Below are positions 9,022 through 18,108 of a DNA stretch of 64,000 nucleotides, in pieces. The notes beneath the pieces were generated by a model. The model was not told the DNA's origin and searched no databases. It saw nothing but the letters and a program-made list of their open reading frames with translations. The stretch is taken from NCBI GenBank assembly GCA_031082205.1, contig JAVHLJ010000003.1, positions 890-64,889 on the forward strand, read 5' to 3'. The position numbers and the translations under genes are program-made. Numbering within the stretch: the stretch's first letter is position 1; each line of letters starts with the position of its first letter. Source of the stretch: Elusimicrobiales bacterium. GTDB taxonomy: Bacteria; Elusimicrobiota; Elusimicrobia; Elusimicrobiales; UBA9959.

Positions 9022-11232
9022 ATGGCACAGGAAAAAAAAGACAAAACCAAAGCAGCGAAGGCGGAGCCCAAAGCCGCCCCCAAGACTTCCGCCAAGGCCA
9101 AGATCGGCCCCGGCAAATACCTCGTGATAGTCGAGTCTCCCACCAAGGAGAAGACCATCAGCCGCTTTCTCGACGCCAATTACGTCGTCAAGAGCTCTTT
9201 CGGCCACGTGCGCGACCTGCCCAAGGACGAGCTCGGCGTCGAGCCGGAGAAGGGCTTCGAGCCCAAGTACGTGCTCATCGAGCGCGCCAGGCGCATCAGC
9301 CAGGAGCTCACCGCCCTGGCCAAGAATTCCGAGTACGTTTATCTCGCCACCGACCCGGACCGCGAGGGAGAGGCCATCAGCTGGCATCTCAGCAAGGTCA
9401 TAGCCGCCGCGCCCGACAGGTTCAAACGCATCTCGTTCCACGAGATCACCAAGACCGCCATCGCCGCCGCGCTCAAGAGCCCGCGCGACCTGGACATGAA
9501 CCTGGTCAACGCCCAGCAGGCCCGCCGCGTCATAGACCGGCTGGTCGGCTACAAACTTTCCCCGCTGCTCTGGGACAAGGTAAAGAGCGGCCTGTCCGCC
9601 GGCCGCGTGCAGTCGGTAGCCGTGCGCCTGGTCGCCGAGCGCGCCAAGGAAATAGCCGCTTTCAAGGAAGAGGACTATTACACCCTTTTCGCCAGCCTGG
9701 CCAAGGAGGGGGGCAAGGGTTTCGACGCCCGCCTGGTGCGCTGGAAGGGCCAGCCCGTCGAGCAGACGATAACCCTCAAGCTCTTCGCCGAGGATTACCG
9801 CTACCGCACCACGCCTTTCAAGAAGCTCGAGGACACGGCCGAGGCCGCCACGCTGCTGCGCGGCTCCGAGCTCAAGGTCTCCAGGCTCGAGGCCAAGACC
9901 GCGCGCCAGAAGCCCAAGCCGCCTTTCATCACCAGCTCGCTGCAGCAGGACGCCTACAACAAGCTCGGCTACTCGTCCGACAGGACGATGCGCATAGCGC
10001 AGAGCCTCTACGAAGGCGTGGACATGGAAGGCGACCGCGCCGGTCTTATCACCTACATGCGCACGGACTCTTTCAACGTCTCCGCCGACATGCAGGCCGA
10101 GACCGCCAGGTTCGTGGCCGAGACCTACGGCAAGGACTTCGCCCCCGAGAAGCCGCCGGTGTACCTCAAGAAGGTCAAGGGCGCGCAGGAAGCGCACGAG
10201 GCCATACACCCTACTTCAGTCTATAAGCGCCCGTCGGACGTGGCCAGGTTCCTGACGGCCGAGCAGGCCAAGCTCTACGAGCTCATCTGGAACCGCTTCG
10301 TCGCCAGCCAGATGGCGGACGCGGTCTTCGATTCCGTCACCGTCGAGGTCTCCGACCCCGGCCAGCAGGCCGTGCTGCGCGCCACCGGCCGCACGATGAA
10401 GTTCGAAGGCTACCTGAAGGTCTACATGGCCGAGAAGGAGCAGGAGGTCGCGGGAGACGAGGACGAGGACGATTCCGCCGTCCTGCCGCCGCTGAAAGAG
10501 GGCGAGGTCGTCTCCCTCAAGGACGTCGCTCCCAAGCCGCACCGCACCAGCCCGCCGCCGAACTACAACGAGGCCAGCATCATCAAGACGCTGGAAAAGC
10601 ACGGCATCGGCCGTCCCTCCACCTACGCCGTCATCATCAAGACCATCATAGAGCGCGGGTACATCAAGCGCGAGAAGGACAAGCGCCTGCTGATAACCGA
10701 GCTGGGCTCGGTGGTCACCGAGAAGCTCAAGGACTTCTTCCGCGAGATCATGGAGCTCTCCTACACGGCTTCCATCGAGGACAAGCTCGACGACATAGCC
10801 GACGGCGCGCTGAAATGGAACGAGGTGATCACCGAGTTCTACGGCCCCTTCTCCACCAGCCTGACCAAAGCGCAGTCCGACATGACGCGCACGCGTCCCG
10901 GCGTGGTCAAGACCAACGAGAAGTGCCCGCTCTGCCTCAGCCCCATGGTGCAGCGCGAGAGCCGCTTCGGCAAGTACCTCTCGTGCTCGCGCTTCCCCAA
11001 GTGCAAGGGCAAGATCCCGCTCGACAAGGACGGCAACAAGCAGGAATACTTCGCGCCGATCAAGACCGAGAAGATCTGCTCCAAGTGCGGCAAGAACGCC
11101 ATGCTGCTGCGCAAGAGCGCGCGCGGCTACTTCCTGGCCTGCTCGGGCTTTCCCAAGTGCCGCAGCATAGACCCGGTCACGCCGGAGGAAGTGGAGAAGA
11201 TAATCGCCTCCAGCAAGCCCGGGCAGAAATAG
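9022..11232 (+). CDS. topA: DNA topoisomerase I
   Basis: The ATG at 9022 is in frame with ORF 8974..11232. Toprim start LVIVESPTKEKTI and the active-site region YMRTDS. C-terminal Cys4 zinc ribbons (CPLC...CSRFPKC, CSKC...CSGFPKC). Confidence 0.93.
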   Translation: MAQEKKDKTKAAKAEPKAAPKTSAKAKIGPGKYLVIVESPTKEKTISRFLDANYVVKSSFGHVRDLPKDELGVEPEKGFEPKYVLIERARRISQELTALAKNSEYVYLATDPDREGEAISWHLSKVIAAAPDRFKRISFHEITKTAIAAALKSPRDLDMNLVNAQQARRVIDRLVGYKLSPLLWDKVKSGLSAGRVQSVAVRLVAERAKEIAAFKEEDYYTLFASLAKEGGKGFDARLVRWKGQPVEQTITLKLFAEDYRYRTTPFKKLEDTAEAATLLRGSELKVSRLEAKTARQKPKPPFITSSLQQDAYNKLGYSSDRTMRIAQSLYEGVDMEGDRAGLITYMRTDSFNVSADMQAETARFVAETYGKDFAPEKPPVYLKKVKGAQEAHEAIHPTSVYKRPSDVARFLTAEQAKLYELIWNRFVASQMADAVFDSVTVEVSDPGQQAVLRATGRTMKFEGYLKVYMAEKEQEVAGDEDEDDSAVLPPLKEGEVVSLKDVAPKPHRTSPPPNYNEASIIKTLEKHGIGRPSTYAVIIKTIIERGYIKREKDKRLLITELGSVVTEKLKDFFREIMELSYTASIEDKLDDIADGALKWNEVITEFYGPFSTSLTKAQSDMTRTRPGVVKTNEKCPLCLSPMVQRESRFGKYLSCSRFPKCKGKIPLDKDGNKQEYFAPIKTEKICSKCGKNAMLLRKSARGYFLACSGFPKCRSIDPVTPEEVEKIIASSKPGQK

Positions 11233-11266
11233 GCCTGCCCGGCGGAGCCGGGGGAATACGGACCTT

Positions 11267-11791
11267 ATGAACCTGCGCTGCGACCTTCACCTGAACGGCG
11301 GCAACCGGCGCGTTCTGATAGCCGGCAAGGACGAAGAGACTCCCGATCACCTGGCCCTGCGCCTCTCCGCCGCCGCGCTGTTCTTCGACCGCGAACCGGT
11401 CCTGGAAGTCGGCCCCAAAAAGCCCGCCGCCGAAGGCTTCGAATACTATCCCGACCTCCTGGTCACCGAGCCCGACGGCTACCCCGAGCTCTGGATCGAG
11501 TGCGGCAATACCGCCACCAATAAACTCACCAAGGCCATACGCAAATTCAGCCGCGCCCGCGTCATAGTCGTGCGCGAAGGGCACGAGGAGGCGCGCCGCT
11601 TCCGCAAGCTCCTGGCGCGAGACGTTCCTAAGAGCGAAAAAATAGAGATCTGGGGCTGGCCCGCGGATAAATTCCGGGTCTGGGCCGCCGCGCTCAGGGA
11701 ATCCAATTCGCTCATAGGCGAGGCCTCGGGCCGCTCGATAAACGCCGTGCTCAACGAGACGCCCTTCGACGTCACGCTGGAGATCTTCTGA
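11267..11791 (+). CDS. YaeQ-like protein (PD-(D/E)XK fold family), tentative
   Basis: Length of about 174 aa. Pattern LALRLSAAALFF...YPDLLV...LWIECGNTATNKLTKAIRKF...RVIVV resembles E. coli YaeQ (RMMLRLLAW...IDLWIELG...). By-eye similarity only. Confidence 0.5.
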   Translation: MNLRCDLHLNGGNRRVLIAGKDEETPDHLALRLSAAALFFDREPVLEVGPKKPAAEGFEYYPDLLVTEPDGYPELWIECGNTATNKLTKAIRKFSRARVIVVREGHEEARRFRKLLARDVPKSEKIEIWGWPADKFRVWAAALRESNSLIGEASGRSINAVLNETPFDVTLEIF

Positions 11792-11792
11792 A

Positions 11793-12713
11793 ATGAAGGT
11801 CCTCATCGAGCGTTTCCTGCTCCACATAAAGTCGCAGCTCAATTTCTCCCGCCACACGGTGAGGGCCTACGCGGCCGATCTCGCCGAATTCGCGGCCTAC
11901 GCCGAGGCCGAAGGCGCCGAGTTCCCGGCCGGTTTCGACCGGCACCTCATGCGCGCCTACATGGCCATGCTGCAGGAGGACAGGAAGAACTCGCGCAATA
12001 CCGTCATACGGAAGGTCTCGTCGGCGCGCTCGTTCATCCGCTGGCTGATCGCGGAGGGGAAACTGGAGTCCGACCCTTTCGCCCTGCTGCGCGCCCCGAA
12101 GAAGGAGAAGCGCCTGCCGCGCTTCCTGACCGAGGGGGAAGTGCGCAAGCTTTACGACTATAACGCGCCCGGAGCGGCGCCGGCGGGGGAGAAAAAAACG
12201 CTGGCCCCGCGCGATTACGCGCTGCTGGCGCTCCTCTACTCCGCCGGCCTGCGCCGTTCCGAAGTCACGGGCCTCAATGTGGGCGACGTGGATTTTTATT
12301 CCGGCTTCGCCCGCGTCATGGGCAAGGGGTCTAAGGAGAGGCTCGTCCCGGTCGGGGACAAGGCGCTGGAAGCACTGCGCGGCTATCTCGCCTCCCGCCC
12401 GGAAGGACGGGCGCCGGCCCGGCCGCTTTTCCTTAACGCCAGGGGGGGGAGGCTCTCCGGCCACGGGCTGGCCCTTATCGTAAAGAAACTGGCCCGCCAG
12501 GCCAGGTTCGCGCGCAGCCTTAACCCCCACGCGCTGCGCCATTCTTTCGCCACCCACCTGCTGGACCACGGCTGCGACCTGCGCTCGGTGCAGGAGATGC
12601 TCGGGCACAAGAACCTGGAGACCACGCAGATCTATACCCATGTCTCTCTGGAGCGCCTCAAGGAAGTCTATGAGAAGGCCCATCCGCGCTCGCCGAAAAA
12701 GGGAGGGGCTTAA
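11793..12713 (+). CDS. xerC: tyrosine site-specific recombinase XerC/XerD
   Basis: N-terminal SAM-like domain (FLLHIKSQLNFSRHTVRAYAADL). Catalytic motifs GLRRSEV, HALRHSFATHLL and LGHKNLETTQIYTHV. Confidence 0.9.
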   Translation: MKVLIERFLLHIKSQLNFSRHTVRAYAADLAEFAAYAEAEGAEFPAGFDRHLMRAYMAMLQEDRKNSRNTVIRKVSSARSFIRWLIAEGKLESDPFALLRAPKKEKRLPRFLTEGEVRKLYDYNAPGAAPAGEKKTLAPRDYALLALLYSAGLRRSEVTGLNVGDVDFYSGFARVMGKGSKERLVPVGDKALEALRGYLASRPEGRAPARPLFLNARGGRLSGHGLALIVKKLARQARFARSLNPHALRHSFATHLLDHGCDLRSVQEMLGHKNLETTQIYTHVSLERLKEVYEKAHPRSPKKGGA

Positions 12714-12714
12714 G

Positions 12715-13641
12715 ATGCCCTTCGATCCGGTGCTGGATAATTCCTCCGCGCGGCTGGCCGCCATGGCCCGGGCGGCCGGAGCCGGCCCCGACCTGACCCA
12801 GGGCGGCGGGGGCAATGTCTCGCTCAAGATAGGGCCGGAGCGTATGCTGATAAAGGCCTCCGGCTCCCGGCTCGCCGCCATGACGGAGACCAGCGGCTAC
12901 GCGCTGGTCAATCACGGCAATATAAAGCGGCGTCTTGCCGGCTGCCGTATGGGCGACGGGGAACTTCTCGATTATCTCTGCGCGCAGTCGCTGGCGGTAA
13001 AAGGCGCCGCCCCGGCCAAGCCGTCCGTCGAGACCGGCTTTCACGCGCTCCTCAATACGGCCGTGGTCCATATACATTCGGCTTACGCCAATGTGCTGAA
13101 CATGACCGCCGAAGGCCGGGACGCCGCCTCCCGGCTTTTCCCGGGTTCCGTGTGGATAGATTACGTGCCGCCCGGCGCGCGGCTCTGCTGCGCCGTTGAC
13201 GGCCCAGGCAGGGCCACCGGTACCCAGGTCCTTTTCCTGGCCAATCACGGCCTGGTGGTGAGCGCTCCCGGGCCGGAGGCCGCGCTGGAGCGGGCCCTTC
13301 GCGTGAACTCGGAGATACGCGCGGCCCTGGGGCTGCCGCCTTACCCCGCCGCGGACTACCCGTCCGCCGGGCTCTCGGCACATAACCGTGAGCGCCTGGC
13401 CCGGCGGGGCAGGGCCTTCATGCTCGACAATGTCCTCTCTCCCGACCAGGCCCTCTACTGCGGCCCGGCGGAACTCGACGGCTCCGGCAAGGACATGGCC
13501 GCCGTCAACGAAGTTCTTACCGCGCTTTTCTACATACTCGACTGCGCGGACGCGCTGGGCTGGACGCCGCGGTTCCTGACGAAGTCCGACAGGGATTACC
13601 TGGAAGAGATGAAAGGGGGCCGATACTCCCGCGGGAGATAG
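12715..13641 (+). CDS. class II aldolase/adducin-domain protein
   Basis: The ATG at 12715 is in frame with ORF 12640..13641 and follows a GGGAGGGG Shine-Dalgarno. Motifs GGGGNVSLK...IKASGSRL...PSVETGFHALL..VVHIHS match the aldolase-II N-terminal domain of rhamnulose-1-P aldolase-like proteins. Confidence 0.75.
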   Translation: MPFDPVLDNSSARLAAMARAAGAGPDLTQGGGGNVSLKIGPERMLIKASGSRLAAMTETSGYALVNHGNIKRRLAGCRMGDGELLDYLCAQSLAVKGAAPAKPSVETGFHALLNTAVVHIHSAYANVLNMTAEGRDAASRLFPGSVWIDYVPPGARLCCAVDGPGRATGTQVLFLANHGLVVSAPGPEAALERALRVNSEIRAALGLPPYPAADYPSAGLSAHNRERLARRGRAFMLDNVLSPDQALYCGPAELDGSGKDMAAVNEVLTALFYILDCADALGWTPRFLTKSDRDYLEEMKGGRYSRGR

Positions 13642-13659
13642 TGGCGGGACTCGCGCAAT

Positions 13660-13687
13660 AAAAAACCCCCGTTGCCGGGGGTTTTTT
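13660..13687. terminator. bidirectional rho-independent terminator between convergent genes
   Basis: AAAAAA-CCCCC-GTTGCC-GGGGG-TTTTTT. The stem is flanked by an A-run and a T-run, so it can act on both strands. Confidence 0.8.
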
Positions 13688-13706
13688 ATTTGAAACCTTT
13701 CTTTTT

Positions 13707-15143
13707 TCAGGGCCTGGTGACGGGCTGGGTCCAGACGGCCCAGCGCTCGCCGCTGGCTTCCAGCTTCCAGTCGTGGCCGGGCTGCCAGCCCCAGTTCTTG
13801 CCGAGCTTCAATACGACGTACTTATCGCTGCCGGTTATCATCGCGGCGTAGAGCTCGTTGTAGGCCGCGAGTATCTGCACCGGGCTGACGGCGGTTATGC
13901 CGGCCGACTTGCGGATATTGACGAGCTCCTGCAGCTTGGCCCTGTATTCGGAACCCCAGTCGAAGAAATGGGGCCAGAAGACGCTGGGCGTGCCGGGATG
14001 GGTAAGGATGTAGGCGTAGCCCATCTGGCGCTGGACGCGGTACTCGCGCGGGGCGTTCTGCAGGAACTTGGGGTCGCGGGGCGAGGTGTCGTGGTTCTCC
14101 ACGAAGGTGACCGACTTGGCCGGCCACCAGCCGATGGAGCCGGAGGGGCGGCCGTGGTCGCTGAGCAGGTCGTAACGCTCGCTCTCTACGGCGGCCACCA
14201 GGTTGTAGCGGGTGGTGAAATCGAAGACCGTGGAGGCTTCCGACTTGTCGCCGTCGGCCGTGCCGTCCACCCAGTTGACCAGCAGCTGGCGGTTGGTGTC
14301 GTAGTATTCCCCTACCGAGAAGGCCGGCGCCGAAGCGCGGTTGTAGTCCTTGATCCTGTGGGGCAGGAAGCCCTTGACCATGTCGTAGCGCCAGCCTTCG
14401 AAACCGACGGTGTAGCGCAGCCAGCGCAGGAAGACCTTGGCGTCCTCGCGCACCAGGGCGTTGTTGTGATCCAGGTCGCGGCAGCCGCCCTCTCCCTGTC
14501 CCTCGTCGTAATTGGGGCCTTTCATGCCCTGCCACTCGTCGTCCCTGACTATCGCCGTGGTCGGCCAGTCGGGGCTGGTGAAATCCGCCCAGTCGAGGGT
14601 GCCGTTGCGGTGGTTGAGTATGATGTCGGCCACCGGGCTGACCCCGTGGGCCTTCATCGCCCGCACGGCCTCTATCAGGACGTCTTTCTTGCCCCACTGG
14701 GAATCGAGGTCGTACCACTCGGTGGGGTAATAGCTGCCGCGGGATACCGGGGGGAACCAGACCAGGTCGAAGCCGGCGGCGCCGACCTCCGGGGCTTTCT
14801 CGGCCAGCCTGCCCCACCAGCCGCGGGGCAGGTTGAGCCAGTAATTGTCGGCGTACCAGTGGAAGCCCTGCAGCATGACCACCGGCGAGGCCTCGAGGTT
14901 CAGCCGCCGCGCGGGCGGAGGATTGAAGTTCTTGGCCGAATAGAGGGTTACGGCCGTTTTCCAGTCCTGGCGCGCCAGGGCGCTGGGCGTGTGGGCGGAT
15001 TTGGGCTCGGAGGGGGCCGGTACGGCCTGGTCCCGGACCGGAGAGGCCTTTACCAGGTCCTCTATAGCGGACTGCGCGCGCAGCGGGTATGCGCCGATGA
15101 CGAAAGCCGTGACGAGAGAAAGGAGCGGCACTATTTTGAACAT
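13707..15143 (-). CDS. secreted GH13 alpha-amylase
   Basis: Signal peptide MFKIVPLLSLVTAFVIGAYPLRA. GH13 regions DIILNHRN, GWRYDMVKGF and FVENHDT. Confidence 0.9.
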   Translation of the reverse strand: MFKIVPLLSLVTAFVIGAYPLRAQSAIEDLVKASPVRDQAVPAPSEPKSAHTPSALARQDWKTAVTLYSAKNFNPPPARRLNLEASPVVMLQGFHWYADNYWLNLPRGWWGRLAEKAPEVGAAGFDLVWFPPVSRGSYYPTEWYDLDSQWGKKDVLIEAVRAMKAHGVSPVADIILNHRNGTLDWADFTSPDWPTTAIVRDDEWQGMKGPNYDEGQGEGGCRDLDHNNALVREDAKVFLRWLRYTVGFEGWRYDMVKGFLPHRIKDYNRASAPAFSVGEYYDTNRQLLVNWVDGTADGDKSEASTVFDFTTRYNLVAAVESERYDLLSDHGRPSGSIGWWPAKSVTFVENHDTSPRDPKFLQNAPREYRVQRQMGYAYILTHPGTPSVFWPHFFDWGSEYRAKLQELVNIRKSAGITAVSPVQILAAYNELYAAMITGSDKYVVLKLGKNWGWQPGHDWKLEASGERWAVWTQPVTRP

Positions 15144-15255
15144 CTGTCCTCCACCGGGTCCCCTTGATACGGGTCAATGATACTATATTATGGCGTTCCC
15201 GGTTAATCGTGGCGAGGGCCCCCGGGGAAGCGGCGGCGTAGGCCCTTGGGGCAGG

Positions 15256-16155
15256 TCAGAATTCCAGGTTGGGGCGGAGCACGAAGCTGAAGCCGGCCGG
15301 GTCGCCGGAACTGCCGGCCAGCCCGCCGGTGTATTTCTTTTCGGAGGTCCAGACGAAGCCGACCCCCAGGCAGAGCGCCTTCTTGTTCTTCAGCGGGAAC
15401 TTCTTCTCCAGCACCAGGTAATGGCTGATCGGAGAGAGGGTCCGGGAGTCGAAGTCTATGCGGGCGTCGAAGCCGCTGTTGTGCAGCCAGAAGTTTTTCG
15501 CCTCCGAGAAGTCGGTGCGGCTGCGGCGGAAGCCCAGGAACAGCGAGTCGGTCACGCCCGGGTGGTCGTGCAGCTTGAAGCCGCCGCGGAAGCTCCATTT
15601 CAGGGTCCTGTCGTCGAGGAACTGGTCGCCCTTGAGCTTGCCCTCCGCCTGCAGCCAGCGGTCCGGCACCAGGACATTGTCCTTTATATGGTAGTCGCCG
15701 AAGTCGAAGAGGATGCCCGAGTAGCCGGTCCTCTTGGAGAAGGTCCCTTTGGCCGACTCGAAGTTTAGAACGTTCCCGAAGAACAGGGACAGGGCCCAGG
15801 GCTCCTCGAACCCCGCCGTGACGGCCTTGACCATGTTGAAGCTCTCGGAGAACTGCGTGTCTCGGTAGAAAGCCGGCCAGTTCCGCCTGACGAAGGTCCC
15901 GGCGTAGGGCATGGGGTTGAAGCTCGCCTCCAGGACCATCACGCGCGGCCTGTAGAACTGCGTTATCAGCCGGGCGTAGATCTCCTGCTCGGAGGTCCTG
16001 CCCAGGTTGGGGATCGGTTTGCCGGTCAGGCTTATGGAGAGCCCGGCGGAAGAGTAATAAGGGTCGAACTGCACTTCCGGCGTGATCCGGCTTTCTTCCG
16101 CCGCGAAAGACGGCAGGGCCAGTCCAGAGAGCAGCGCGGCGCAGAGCAGCTTCAT
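15256..16155 (-). CDS. hypothetical outer-membrane protein (signal peptide, C-terminal Phe)
   Basis: The ATG at 16155-16153 ([18 protein letters not shown]) is in frame with ORF 15256..16455 and forms an ATGA overlap with the glgB stop. Alternating beta-strand-like sequence that ends ...VLRPNLEF. Confidence 0.6.
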   Translation of the reverse strand: MKLLCAALLSGLALPSFAAEESRITPEVQFDPYYSSAGLSISLTGKPIPNLGRTSEQEIYARLITQFYRPRVMVLEASFNPMPYAGTFVRRNWPAFYRDTQFSESFNMVKAVTAGFEEPWALSLFFGNVLNFESAKGTFSKRTGYSGILFDFGDYHIKDNVLVPDRWLQAEGKLKGDQFLDDRTLKWSFRGGFKLHDHPGVTDSLFLGFRRSRTDFSEAKNFWLHNSGFDARIDFDSRTLSPISHYLVLEKKFPLKNKKALCLGVGFVWTSEKKYTGGLAGSSGDPAGFSFVLRPNLEF

Positions 16156-18056
16156 TGGCGCTTGAAAAACACCGCCGACAGGGGAGGCAGTGTTATCTTC
16201 AGCGACCAGGGCCGCCCGTGGGCGGGTTCCTGCGAAGCCTCTACTCCGCCGAAATTGCCCAGCCCGCCGCCCCAGTAGGCCGGAGCGTCGCTGTTGAGGA
16301 GTTCCTTCCAGAAGCCGCCGGCCGGCACGCCCACGCGGTAGCCGTAGCGCGGTACCGGAGTGAAATTGGCCACCATGAGGACGGCGTCCTCTTCTTTGGC
16401 GCCTTTGCGCATCACGGCGGCCACGCTCTGCTGGGAGTCGTTGGCGTCTATCCACTCGAATCCCTGCGGGCTGCAGCTCAGCGCGTGCATGGCAGGTTCG
16501 GACCTGTAGAGCGAGTTGAGGTCACGCAGCCAGGCCTGCATGCCGGAATGGGGCGGGAAGCCCGCCTCGTGCCAGTCCAGGCTGCGCTCGTGATGCCATT
16601 CCTTCCACTGGGCGAACTCGCCGCCCATGAAGAGCAGTTTGTGCCCGGGCTGGGTGTACATCCAGCCGTAGAGCAGCCGCAGGTTGGCGAACTTCTGCCA
16701 GTCGTCGCCGGCCATCTTGGTCAGCATCGAGCCCTTGCCGTGCACGACCTCGTCGTGCGAGAGGGGCAGCACGAAGTTCTCCCCGAAGGCGTAGAGCATG
16801 CGGAAGGTGAGGTCGTTGTGGTGGAACTTGCGGTGCACGGGGTCCTTGGAGAAATAGCGCAGCGTGTCGTGCATCCAGCCCATGTCCCATTTCAGGCCGA
16901 AGCCGAGTCCGCCCAGGTAGGTCGGGCGCGAGACCATGGGCCAGGCCGTGGATTCCTCGGCGTAGGTCTGCGCCTCCGGGTAGTTCTGGTAGACGACGGC
17001 GTTGAACTGCTGCAGGAAGGCTATGGCCTCCAGGTTCTCGTTGCCGCCGTGCCGGTTGGGCACCCACTCGCCGGCTTTGCGGGAATAGTCGAGGTAGAGC
17101 ATGGAGGCGACGGCGTCCACGCGCAGGCCGTCGATATGGAACTTGTCCAGCCAGAAAAGGGCGGAACTCAGCAGGAAGCTCTTTACCTCGTTGCGGCCGA
17201 AATTGAAGATGGCGCTCTTCCAGTCCGGGTGGAAGCCCTGCCGCGGGTCGGCGTGCTCGTAGAGATGCGTGCCGTCGAAGAAGGCCAGGCCGTGCTGGTC
17301 GGAGGGGAAATGGGCCGGGACCCAGTCGAGGATCACGCCTATTCCGGCGCGGTGCAGGCTGTCGACGAGGAACATGAAATCCTGCGGGGTGCCGTAGCGG
17401 CTGGTCGGGGCGAAATAGGAGGTCGCCTGGTAGCCCCAGGAGCCGTAGAAGGGGTGCTCGGCCACCGGCATGAACTCGACGTGGGTGAAGCCCATGTGCC
17501 CCAGGTAGGCCGGGAGTTCGGCGGCGAGCTCGCGGTAGGTCAGCGGCCTGTTGCCTTCCTCCGGCTTGCGGCGCCAGGAGCCGAGGTGCATCTCGTATAT
17601 GGAGACCGGGCTGTTGAGGCCGCAGCGCCCGCCGCGCGACTTCATCCAGTCGCCGTCGCCCCACTTGTAGTCCAGGTCCCAGACGACGGAGGCGGTCTTG
17701 GGCGGGACTTCGGCGGCGAAGGCGAAAGGGTCGGCCTTCTCGCAGGAATAGTCCCCGTAACGGGAGGCGACGAAATACTTGTAGTTCTGCCCCTGCTTCA
17801 CCCCGGGGATGATGCCTTCCCAGATGCCCGAGGAGCCGCGCTGGGCCAGCGGGTGGCTGCCGCGGTTCCAGCCGTTGAAATCGCCTATGACGTGGACCGA
17901 CTTGGCGTTGGGGGCCCAGACGGCGAAGCGGGTGCCGTCCTTGCCGGGATGCGCTCCCATGCGGTCGTAGAGGCGCAGGTGGTTCCCCTCGTTGAAAAGG
18001 TAGAGGTCCTGGTCGCTCAGGGCCCTGATGTTCTCGTTCTTCTTTTTTGGCGGCAT
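16152..18056 (-). CDS. glgB: 1,4-alpha-glucan branching enzyme
   Basis: 634 aa. Canonical GlgB sequence (LYDRMGAHP..., [30 protein letters not shown]-like [10 protein letters not shown]). Confidence 0.95.
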   Translation of the reverse strand: MPPKKKNENIRALSDQDLYLFNEGNHLRLYDRMGAHPGKDGTRFAVWAPNAKSVHVIGDFNGWNRGSHPLAQRGSSGIWEGIIPGVKQGQNYKYFVASRYGDYSCEKADPFAFAAEVPPKTASVVWDLDYKWGDGDWMKSRGGRCGLNSPVSIYEMHLGSWRRKPEEGNRPLTYRELAAELPAYLGHMGFTHVEFMPVAEHPFYGSWGYQATSYFAPTSRYGTPQDFMFLVDSLHRAGIGVILDWVPAHFPSDQHGLAFFDGTHLYEHADPRQGFHPDWKSAIFNFGRNEVKSFLLSSALFWLDKFHIDGLRVDAVASMLYLDYSRKAGEWVPNRHGGNENLEAIAFLQQFNAVVYQNYPEAQTYAEESTAWPMVSRPTYLGGLGFGLKWDMGWMHDTLRYFSKDPVHRKFHHNDLTFRMLYAFGENFVLPLSHDEVVHGKGSMLTKMAGDDWQKFANLRLLYGWMYTQPGHKLLFMGGEFAQWKEWHHERSLDWHEAGFPPHSGMQAWLRDLNSLYRSEPAMHALSCSPQGFEWIDANDSQQSVAAVMRKGAKEEDAVLMVANFTPVPRYGYRVGVPAGGFWKELLNSDAPAYWGGGLGNFGGVEASQEPAHGRPWSLKITLPPLSAVFFKRQ

Positions 18057-18108
18057 CGCAGTAATTGTACAAAATAGCGGCGAGCCCTATTTTTGTATAC
18101 TTTCGCCT

